DNA from: Paraspadella gotoi | Lineage: Eukaryota; Animalia; Chaetognatha | Direction of reading: 5' to 3' | Assembly: GCA_051294375.1 (NCBI GenBank) | Contig: CM119265.1 | Location: 4,505,847-4,569,846 of the forward strand | DNA length: 64,000 nt | The notes under the pieces: generated by a model | What the model was told of the DNA's origin: nothing | Seen by the model: the letters and a program-made list of their open reading frames with translations, nothing else | The model's database searches: none | Program-made: the position numbers and the translations under genes | Part shown: one piece after another, positions 53,622 through 64,000 of the stretch | Layout: each line of letters opens with the position of its first letter | How positions within the stretch are numbered: the first letter of the stretch is position 1

Positions 53622-53700
53622 CGGCGGGGATTCCCCGCCGTGGATAAGGCAGAAGGCTTCAAACAGTAATCCCCGTAAAAAATAGTGGTAGGGATTCCCA
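53622..53700. promoter_or_regulatory. Candidate Rel/NF-kB + GATA motif cluster
   Basis: GGGGATTCCCC (53626-53636) inside the palindrome CGGCGGGGA-T-TCCCCGCCG, adjacent GATAAG, and a second GGGATTCCC at 53691. Confidence 0.3.
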
Positions 53701-56232
53701 AAACAGAGGGAAAAAAGACAGTTTCTGTGAATAAGAAAGGGTGCGCCGTTGAAACTGTCCCGCTTATAGGCAGTTCAAACTGCGATTCATGGACGGGGGT
53801 CTATTTGCATTTCTGCCACCTTTCTCCCTGTCTATTTTAAACCTGGTCCATCTTAAAGCCCTTATCTCTCTTCCTTCGCAAATCGCCGAAGATTCTCTTC
53901 TCTTCTCTCTCTCTCTCTCTCTTCTCTCTTCTTCTCTCTCTTCTCTCTTTCTCTCTCCTCATATCACAATTGTTATTATTACTGTATTAAACTTTCACAT
54001 TTTGAGCTTAATAATCAAAATCAATCAAATCTCTCTCTCTTTCTCTCTCTCTTCTCTCTCTCTCTCTCATCTCTCTCTCGTCTCTCTCTCTTTCTCTCGT
54101 CTCATCTCTCTCTCTCCTTCTTCTTTCCGCTTCTCTTTCACCTTTTATTTCGAAATGACGCGCCGCTTAGCTGCATTTCTTTCTCTTTAGTTACTTTACT
54201 TTTTCTTTTCACTCTTTTTTCTCAATTTTCTTTCTTCTCATCCAAATCGCTCTCTCGATCTTTAGTCTTCGTTGTTTCTTTTGAAATCTTTCCCTCGACT
54301 CGGAGCTCATCTCACTTCCTCTCCCTTTCCTCCCTTTTCTCTTTCCTCCATTCCTCCATTTTCCTTTTCGATCGTTCCCTTTTGTTACGTCTCTCTAGAA
54401 TGAGCTCAGCTTCTTTATTCTATTTTCTTTCCGGACGATCTTCCCCGCTTTCGTTTTCTTTCCCATTATTTTCTTTTCTTTTCTTTTCCTCTCCTTTCTT
54501 TTCCCAAACACTTTCGTCGTTTTCTCTCGCTTCCTATCTTTTCTTTTCCTTTTCCCCCTTTTTTGTTTATTACTTTCGCAATGTGCGATTAAACTTCTCT
54601 TTTTATTCTTTTCTTTACCCCTCTTTTTATTTCTTCCCATTCCTTTCCCAATTTTTCGTTTTCTGTCTTTACTTTCCTTCCTTTCCTCTCTTTATTTTCT
54701 TTCCTTTCCCTTCATATCTTTCTTTTTTTGTTTTCTTTCCCTCCTTCCTTTCCTTTCCTCCCTTTTCCCTTCGATCAGCTTCCATCAAGAAGCGCCGCTT
54801 TCGTTTTATGTCCCCGGACGCGTTTTCCTCGGCGTCGACGTTCATTACCTTCGCGTTAAACTCCTTTGGCGCGAAAACGAAACCCCCCCATCGCCCCCCA
54901 CCCACCTCTTTTCCTCCCTTTACCTCACCACCTAAATCTCCATCCCTTCTCCTTAACAATTCTCTTTCCTCAGATTTCGCTTATTTCCCAGACTGAAAAG
55001 CCTCCCGTTTAATGAGGCTCTCCTTTGACTCACTCGTTCGAACCCGAATCTCTTCATTTTATTCCCCTTTTCCTCAAATATTCGCTCTCTTCCCTTTTTT
55101 TCCCCCTTTCACCGTGAGAGTTCTTTTCCTTTCTCCTTTGCCCCTCTTCTCTCCTCTTCCTTTTTACCCTTTTCCTTCTCTGTTTTTCTTCCTTCCCTCG
55201 TGGACGAGAAAATAAACGAAAAAAAAGGAAAACTCCTTAATCGAAACCTACNNNNNNNNNNNNNNNNNNNNNNNNNNNNNNNNNNNNNNNNNNNNNNNNN
55301 NNNNNNNNNNNNNNNNNNNNNNNNNNNNNNNNNNNNNNNNNNNNNNNNNNNNNNNNNNNNNNNNNNNNNNNNNNNNNNNNNNNNNNNNNNNNNNNNNNNN
55401 NNNNNNNNNNNNNNNNNNNNNNNNNNNNNNNNNNNNNNNNNNNNNNNNNNNNNNNNNNNNNNNNNNNNNNNNNNNNNNNNNNNNNNNNNNNNNNNNNNNN
55501 NNNNNNNNNNNNNNNNNNNNNNNNNNNNNNNNNNNNNNNNNNNNNNNNNNNNNNNNNNNNNNNNNNNNNNNNNNNNNNNNNNNNNNNNNNNNNNNNNNNN
55601 NNNNNNNNNNNNNNNNNNNNNNNNNNNNNNNNNNNNNNNNNNNNNNNNNNNNNNNNNNNNNNNNNNNNNNNNNNNNNNNNNNNNNNNNNNNNNNNNNNNN
55701 NNNNNNNNNNNNNNNNNNNNNNNNNNNNNNNNNNNNNNNNNNNNNNNNNNNNNNNNNNNNNNNNNNNNNNNNNNNNNNNNNNNNNNNNNNNNNNNNNNNN
55801 NNNNNNNNNNNNNNNNNNNNNNNNNNNNNNNNNNNNNNNNNNNNNNNNNNNNNNNNNNNNNNNNNNNNNNNNNNCTAAGGAGGGTAGTTGATATATCCGG
55901 TGTATGTTTGAGTTGGTTTTGCTGCACAGAGTGGTAGTTGAATAGGCACACACACACAGACACTTATCAGCGAGCGCGCTCCATCTCCGTCTCCGTATAT
56001 TTATAAAGAGGAAACCTTGAGCGTCGACAGCGCCTCTATCGCCAAACATTTCGGGGGAGAAAGCGACAACGACGATGACGTTAACGACGACGACGACGAC
56101 GACGTCAATAACGACGACTTTGATGTCTCCTACTCTTCTTTTCATCCCTTGTACTCATTTACGTTGACGCAGAAATCACGAGGGAATCACGGAGCGAGAC
56201 ATGAGTTACGACGACGACGAGTNNNNNNNNNN

Positions 56233-56265
<33 letters not shown>

Positions 56266-57639
56266 AGCTGCAGATGAAGAAGAAGACTCTGATATACAAG
56301 AAGATAACGGATGACGTCAAGAAAGAGTCACGTGATCAGATTTACGCAAATCGCCAGAGTCGAAGCCTTTCATACGCAGAGATTGGCGAGGGGGGGAAAG
56401 GACGGTTGCGGGGAAGTCGGTGGCGGGGGGGGGGAGAGGAAACGGGAGAGAAGAGGAAAAGGAAAAGGAAATGAGAAGGGAGGAAGGAAAGGAGAAAACC
56501 GATTAAGTTAAGATTATGAAAGTTAAGATAAGGAAAGAAAAATTAAATTAAGAAATCGGGCGGAAGTAGAAATGTACTTAAGTTTACCTCTCTTGTCTCT
56601 ATGTATTAATAAAATTTAATTCGTAAAACTGCCAAGCCTCAGACGACTAATCTTTACTGCACTCTCGCTTTGGCAATCGAAGCGAATTTGTCACTCGAAT
56701 GTCTCGCAAATGTGACGCGATCACGATTCTGACGCAATGATGACGCACTACGCCGGCCGNNNNNNNNNNNNNNNNNNNNNNNNNNNNNNNNNNNNNNNNN
56801 NNNNNNNNNNNNNNNNNNNNNNNNNNNNNNNNNNNNNNNNNNNNNNNNNNNNNNNNNNNNNNNNNNNNNNNNNNNNNNNNNNNNNNNNNNNNNNNNNNNN
56901 NNNNNNNNNNNNNNNNNNNNNNNNNNNNNNNNNNNNNNNNNNNNNNNNNNNNNNNNNNNNNNNNNNTTCTTCATCTTTCAGGAAAAGATATCACGAGTCA
57001 CGTCGAAAAGTTTTGATTAGAGATTCGAAATTATTTTCAGTCGTCGCGAGAGAATCCTTCTAATCGCTTCTTCCTGTCTAATATCTCAAACTCGCCTTCA
57101 TCTCCAACCGCCAACTTAGTTTCATTCTTTTCCCCTCTCTCTTAATTCTAAGAAATTGTAACAACCAATAAAAAAAAATTATTCATTAATTGAATAAACA
57201 AGCTGTATGTTGCACCGCGCCCAAACGCTTCCCACCCTATTTAACTTTGCCACCTCCATTTTTCTCTATCCGTCGTCGACGATTGGCCACCATCCTCGCC
57301 ACTTTCCCCTACCACCTTCCTCGACCACTTCGGTCCCTATTCCTCCACTTAAATATTTCACCATTTAACCCAAAATGAAATTTTATCGAAAAAAAAAAAT
57401 CAGTTTTCGTTTACCTGAATTTAAAGAGACGAAGAGATAAGAAGACCGATTTTAAAAAGATATCGACGCAAACAAAGAGACGAATGTCTTTACATAGAAA
57501 ATGGGGGCTTCGACCGCTCGCCGCTCATGGAATGGAAACGCTGAACAGAAATATCGTTCTATTTGAAAATTGTAACGAACCCCAAAAATGGTACCAAGTC
57601 GATGGCAAGTGTTATAGAGTCTAAAAAGGATCATAAAAA

Positions 57640-57692
<53 letters not shown>

Positions 57693-59806
57693 TTCTTTCT
57701 CTCTCTCTCTCTCTCATATCCCGTTACCCGCAGCGGTGGGTTCAATTTTTTTCTCGTCATTTCCTCCAAACACCGCAGGTATTTTTCCGAACCAATCTCT
57801 CACTCCATTGAGGAAGAGACTTTTCTTCATTTTTATTCTCCTCGGTACAGAAAATAACGAAATGCTTTTCTGTCTTTCCTTCGATCATTTCTATGCGCGT
57901 TGAAAGGTTTCGAAAAGATATGAAAGTATTACTGGCAAATTATCTAAATTTATTACGCTGACATTAGTTAACTTAATTCAAAACAGAAGAAATTGTTTAA
58001 ATTTCTAAAAAAAGTCGAGTAAAATGATTTCGTTGGATTTTCTCAAACGAAAAGTTTTCACGTTCCGTCGACGAATCCGTTTTTCACTTTCACTTTTCAC
58101 GATCACTTCGATGTCAACGTCCTCTCTTCCTCTCGATCTTCACCGACCGATGTTTCGACTCAAAACTCCGTCTCTCTCTCGTGATGACTTTTCTTCGCCA
58201 CGTGCGGCCACGCCCCCTTTTTCATTAACGCGCCGCAACGACGTCAGCGTCATCTCGCGGCGTCGACCGCGCCTCCTTTTCGTTGAGACTCGCTTCCGGT
58301 TGTTTCTGGCCAAATTGTGACGGGGATGACGTCGGGTGATAGCGCCGTCGCCAGATGGCGGGAAAGATGACAGTGGCAGTCCTGGTATCAGGATTTGGAG
58401 AAAAAAAATAGTAGTTGCATTAAAGAGAGAGGGATTACATCATAATTTAGATATTATGCCATCATCCTTAATAGCAAAACAAAGAAAACTTATCATTACT
58501 GGCTAAACACATTAGTAAAATAGGCTCAAAACGGTGTTCACCGTTTCTACAAGGTATAAGATGACTGTTTTGGTTGAGCAAGTGAGAGAGATAGAGAGAT
58601 AGAGAAAGAGAGAGAGAGAGAAAGAGAGAGAGAGAAAAAGAGAGAAAGAGAGAAAGAGAGGCCACCCATTTCCTTTCAGCCAGTTTCCATTCGCGGAGAT
58701 TTCTCGTGGCTCCTTTTTGTGTCATTTTTTGTCCATTTTTAATGTTGGTCCCGNNNNNNNNNNNNNNNNNNNNNNNNNNNNNNNNNNNNNNNNNNNNNNN
58801 NNNNNNNNNNNNNNNNNNNNNNNNNNNNNNNNNNNNNNNNNNNNNNNNNNNNNNNNNNNNNNNNNNNNNNNNNNNNNNNNNNNNNNNNNNNNNNNNNNNN
58901 NNNNNNNNNNNNNNNNNNNNNNNNNNNNNNNNNNNNNNNNNNNNNNNNNNNNNNNNNNNNNNNNNNNNNNNNNNNNNNNNNNNNNNNNNNNNNNNNNNNN
59001 NNNNNNNNNNNNNNNNNNNNNNNNNNNNNNNNNNNNNNNNNNNNNNNNNNNNNNNNNNNNNNNNNNNNNNNNTCTCTCTCTCTCTCTCTCTCTCTTCTTC
59101 GCCTCCCGCGTGATCATCAGGCTCGCAGGAGAATTTGCAATTCTTAGTAATGGATCCTGCGAAAAGTTTTATAAATTTTCTCACAAAAATTTTCTTTTAT
59201 TTCCATAAATTTCGCGTCTGCGAATCATTTCCATTTTTTTTTTCTTTTCGATCAGACATTTTTTTTTTTCGCAGAATCTGTAAAAGACGCAACAAAAAAT
59301 CACTCCAGCATCGTTTGTACTTGTAGCAGCTCGAAGGCAGCAGCAAGAACCGCTTCAACGACTTCGTCCGTGGACGTTTGCTGTTGACGCGGAAAGTCAA
59401 GAGGTTATCGAATATTGAGATGTTGATGCAGGATTTCGATTGACCTCGGAAGGGGTCGCCGAGTTTGGGGTGAGGTGGGAGCCTGCGTGAGGGTGGAGAG
59501 AATGACGGTGATTTGGGGGAAATTTTGCGTGAACAGTTTCTCTGGTGAAAGTGGATAATAAGATTTTGACAAATTGTCGTTTTCGTTGTGGTCATGCTTC
59601 TTCGTCCTCGCCGTTTTCAATCATCAGTGTGCTCTCCTTAACTCATCCTTTCTGAAGCCATCCTTACCCAATAACCATTACCCTTACCATTACCCCCCCT
59701 TCTTGGCCGCGAGAAGGACTACTTTCGGATCGGGCGTCGGGTCTCGACGGATTCGGACCCTGGGAGGGGTGGGTGTCAAAGGTCAGGCGAGAAATACATT
59801 CGCGAA

Positions 59807-59864
<58 letters not shown>

Positions 59865-61789
59865 CTCTCTCTCTTCTCTCTCTCGTCTCTCTCTCTCTCT
59901 CTCTCTCGTCTCTCTCCCTATTTCTCCCCCATTACCTTCGCTCCTTTCCTCGAATTCAGAATCACTACAAGTCTCGTCGAAGGAAGACAATTTTCATATT
60001 TGTGGCGAAGCGCAGAATCCGTCTATCTTTCCTATAAGGTTATATGATCCGAAATTGGACTCGTGGCATTCAGTGGTTTCCTTTTGCCGTAGCCATAACT
60101 AACTCGTATGTACAACAAAATAATTTTTGTCGTTATCAACTACGCACCCCCGCACAGAAGCGGCGCTTAGAGAAATCGAGACAAGCTTCCGAAGGATCGT
60201 AATCTTAGGAATTTGCTATAAGTTCGAGCATGTTTGTTCAGTCTAGACGTTAGTAAACGAAAGATCTGAAAAACAAGAAATCCTCTTTGAAAGATGTCAT
60301 TGTTTGGACAAAGAAAAAAAAGCAGCCCTTTTTATTTTTTATTAACCTCTTTTATTGTTTGGATTGACGCGTGGGAGGTGAGGGGCTGGAGGTCGGTTCG
60401 CTGCCCCTTGCCACGAATTCGTGAAGAGCGATGGATCAGGACTAATTTAGAAGTGAGGTCGTCAAGGAGGTGAGATGGAAGTCAGGAGGTTTGAGACTGG
60501 GGTGAGGACAGGAGAAGTAATCATAGTCAATCTGTAGGGGTCCATAGCGATGGGCAAGTTGACTCGTGTCCTAGGTTCATCCAGTTAAAGATCAAACGGT
60601 CCTCAGTCGGTAATTGTGTGGTCTCGTTAATTGACACTGGACAATCTCTTGACTAGGTCACCGAGATTTTTAGCTTTGCTTTGCAATCTCATTTGCATAT
60701 CGCAGTAACGAATAAATTCTTCGGATTGGCTTGCGCCTTTGTCCGCGAAGAGTTTTTGTCTCTGAAGATTCAAGAATTGTTCTCGAACAAAGAAAGAGTA
60801 AAAGGGTTTGGGAAAAACGACTCGAGGATCGTTTCGATCATTTTCAACTCGATGTTTTATGTCAATATTTCTGTTCATCGCCAAAGATCGTCTTGGATTT
60901 TTCCTAGTGTGAACTGATGACCGATAGTCCTCACCTACTCATAGTCGAGGTAACACTAAATTTATAATAGTACTATAGTACTACTATATATTTGCTTCAG
61001 ACAGATTTAATTATGGTGGTTATCAATTTTTTTGGTTTTAACTGAGAATGGTGAATACTATTCAAGGAGAACGGCACTTGAGGGTTTTGCAGGAGATACA
61101 CTCGTAGATAATATCGGTATGGATGATCGGTGTTGAACATGCGCGGAGTGAGTTCACGACCATAACTCTATCTTTGGAAAAGGCGAATAAAAAAAAAAAA
61201 AAAATTATCGAATTTATCTATTTGAATCCCGTCTACCTTTTATCTCTCCCTGTCACTCTTTACACTATCATGTCACGCCTCTTTCCCTCCTTTTACATCA
61301 CTTCCCCTGCCGAGTTTTCGTGGCCGAAATTCCATCACTCTTAGATCTTAGTCACGTGATCCACCCACCAGACCACCGCCGTACTCTGACCCGCTCACCC
61401 GTCCTTAAGCACCCCGCTCCCTCTGACCCGCGCCCTCTACCCCCACCACCGCGCCCGCCGCTCGCGTTGTTTTTAAATTATTCGAATCTCTCAGCGGTTT
61501 TCGTCAAGCTCGCGTCGCGTCTCTCGCCTGGTATACCGAGTCTCTTTCGCCAAGTCCGGATCGTGGAGCGCAGAGAAGGAATGCCGATTTTTGAGGGGTG
61601 TGCGCGAGTGATTAGTATCGGGCGAACTGACCTGGGGTGCCTTGTGAGTTGGGATCAACGGGAATGGGGGAGGGTCTAGGGGGTTACATTGAATGAAGAT
61701 AAGGGTGTATGGGGCGATGGGTAGGTGGGCCCGGTCTGTGAAACATTTTTAGGTCTGATAGTATGATGGACAGTGGGATAAACTTGGTT

Positions 61790-63945
61790 TGAGACGGCGA
61801 AAGGGTTCTTAGGAGTGAGGGATGATGACAGCAACACTGGGCCGGTGACGTCCTAAGCGTGTTTGTAAAAAAAAAGATTCTTAGATTTACTTTTATTTTC
61901 CCTTCGTTCCATTTCGTTCCATTTGTCTCCGTTTTCATTTATTTATTGTGTTCAACTCTTTCCTGATGTGTTCACTGTCCACTTTTCTTCGCTTTTTACT
62001 TTGCTTTCTTTTAATATCTATTTCGCATTCCTTTATTTTCGTTATTTTCCGTTTAACTTTTCAGCTTTTCTGTTTTTCGTTTCATTTCCTTTTTCGTTCC
62101 TTTCCTTTCCTTTTTATCCTTTCTTTTCGATTTCTTTTCTTCTTTCCTTTCCTTTTTTTTCCTTTCCTTTCCTCTTCCTTTTCTTTCCTTTCTTTCTTTT
62201 CTTTTCTTTTCTTTTTCTTTCTTTTCTTTCTTAATATCTTTCCCTTCCTTTCCTTTCTTTCATTTCATTTTTTTTTTTCGCCCTCAGTTTCGTCATTCGG
62301 TTGGCGAATCGACGATATCAAACACATTTCTCTACATTTTGAAGTCCTCTTTCCCTTCCTCGCCTTCTCCTCTTCTCCTCTCCTCCTCCTCCTCCTCTTC
62401 CTCTCACTCATTTTATTTTTTTTTTGATTCGTTCTATTTTTTTCTTNNNNNNNNNNNNNNNNNNNNNNNNNNNNNNNNNNNNNNNNNNNNNNNNNNNNNN
62501 NNNNNNNNNNNNNNNNNNNNNNNNNNNNNNNNNNNNNNNNNNNNNNNNNNNNNNNNNNNNNNNNNNNNNNNNNNNNNNNNNNNNNNNNNNNNNNNNNNNN
62601 NNNNNNNNNNNNNNNNNNNNNNNNNNNNNNNNNNNNNNNNNNNNNNNNNNNNNNNNNNNNNNNNNNNNNNNNNNNNNNNNNNNNNNNNNNNNNNNNNNNN
62701 NNNNNNNNNNNNNNNNNNNNNNNNNNNNNNNNNNNNNNNNNNNNNNNNNNNNNNNNNNNNNNNNNNNNNNNNNNNNNNNNNNNNNNNNNNNNNNNNNNNN
62801 NNNNNNNNNNNNNNNNNNNNNNNNNNNNNNNNNNNNNNNNNNNNNNNNNNNNNNNNNNNNNNNNNNNNNNNNNNNNNNNNNNNNNNNNNNNNNNNNNNNN
62901 NNNNNNNNNNNNNNNNNNNNNNNNNNNNNNNNNNNNNNNNNNNNNNNNNNNNNNNNNNNNNNNNNNNNNNNNNNNNNNNNNNNNNNNNNNNNNNNNNNNN
63001 NNNNNNNNNNNNNNNNNNNNNNNNNNNNNNNNNNNNNNNNNNNNNNNNNNNNNNNNNNNNNNNNNNNNNNNNNNNNNNNNNNNNNNNNNNNNNNNNNNNN
63101 NNNNNNNNNNNNNNNNNNNNNNNNNNNNNNNNNNNNNNNNNNNNNNNNNNNNNNNNNNNNNNNNNNNNNNNNNNNNNNNNNNNNNNNNNNNNNNNNNNNN
63201 NNNNNNNNNNNNNNNNNNNNNNNNNNNNNNNNNNNNNNNNNNNNNNNNNNNNNNNNNNNNNNNNNNNNNNNNNNNNNNNNNNNNNNNNNNNNNNNNNNNN
63301 NNNNNNNNNNNNNNNNNNNNNNNNNNNNNNNNNNNNNNNNNNNNNNNNNNNNNNNNNNNNNNNNNNNNNNNNNNNNNNNNNNNNNNNNNNNTTTTTTTTT
63401 TTCGGGCGAATCTCCGTTTGACGAGAGACAAAAACGATTTATTCTCCTTTCGCTCCGCCGAACGATTTATATTGTTCCCTATTTATTTTATTTCGTTTCG
63501 TTAGTTTTAAATTTTGTTCGATTCTCGGTTTAGCTCTATCCTCGTTTCTGTTTAAAATAACCTTCGTTTAACTAATTCCAGTTCATAAGTACTAGTACTA
63601 GTTACGAGTCGTTCGTAAGTCGTTCGTAAATCACATGTCCGTACGTTCTTTCCTCCGAGCTATTCGGACGTTACTTTCCGTTCATTCGTACGATGATTAA
63701 TGAATTCATAAGTNNNNNNNNNNAGGGAGTGGGATAAGGTTTGAGACGCAAAGGTTCTTAGGAAGGAGGATTGATGACGCAAGACGGTCCGGTGACGTCG
63801 AACTGTTTTTAAAAAAAGATTCTTAGATTTATTTTATTTCCCTTTCGTTCCATTTCGTTCCATTTGTCCCTTTTCATTTATTTATTGTTCAACCCTTCCT
63901 GATGTGTTCACTGTCCACCTTTCTTCGCTTTTTACTTTGCTTTCT
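61790..63945 (+). repeat. ~220-bp direct duplicate (about 61790-62010 vs 63735-63945) across N-gaps
   Basis: Shared GGTTTGAGACG..GGTTCTTAGGA..CCGGTGACGTC..AAAGATTCTTAGATTTA..CCTGATGTGTTCACTGTCCAC with indel-type differences. Confidence 0.8.
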
Positions 63946-64000
63946 ATTACTTATTTTCTTAATTTTCGCTACTTTCCTTTCCTTTTCGTTCATTTCCTTT

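Noticed and set aside
59275-59387. Possible terminal exon after a strong acceptor (SVKDATKNH...SSVDVCC*), with a Rab-like CC ending
   Set aside because: No upstream exons or GTPase motifs are visible (adjacent gaps could hide them); insufficient support.
60627-60884. Minus-strand ORF with a vaguely HMG-box-like DPRVVFPKPFYSFFVRE
   Set aside because: Lacks the rest of the HMG signature (no conserved Trp/helix pattern) and has no clear splice sites.

Overview
Eukaryotic (invertebrate, plausibly arthropod) draft-genome window. It is dominated by (AG/CT)n, (GAC/GTC)n and (GGC)n microsatellites, homopolymer runs and many N-gaps, so almost all entries in the ORF track are repeat-derived noise. One intact spliced gene can be assembled by eye at 30046-33634 (+): five coding exons, all introns GT-AG and phase 1, 314 aa. 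It encodes a signal peptide, a pacifastin/VWC-like six-cysteine module, a C-type lectin domain (QPN/WVD motifs) and a long acidic Thr-Asp-Ala repeat tail. Its first two exons are bracketed by two inverted copies of a short repeat element, intron 3 hides an in-phase alternative acidic exon candidate, and intron 4 carries a Ty3/Gypsy RT fragment. A second, frameshift-riddled two-exon membrane-transporter-like gene is probable at about 47.7-49.25 kb. A nested inverted duplication at 14.7-19.7 kb lies between 25-N gaps and looks like long-read gap-fill artefact. Other features are a 101-bp near-perfect hairpin, HINE-like repeats, minisatellites and candidate regulatory motifs. All family assignments are by-eye motif matches; no searches were run.
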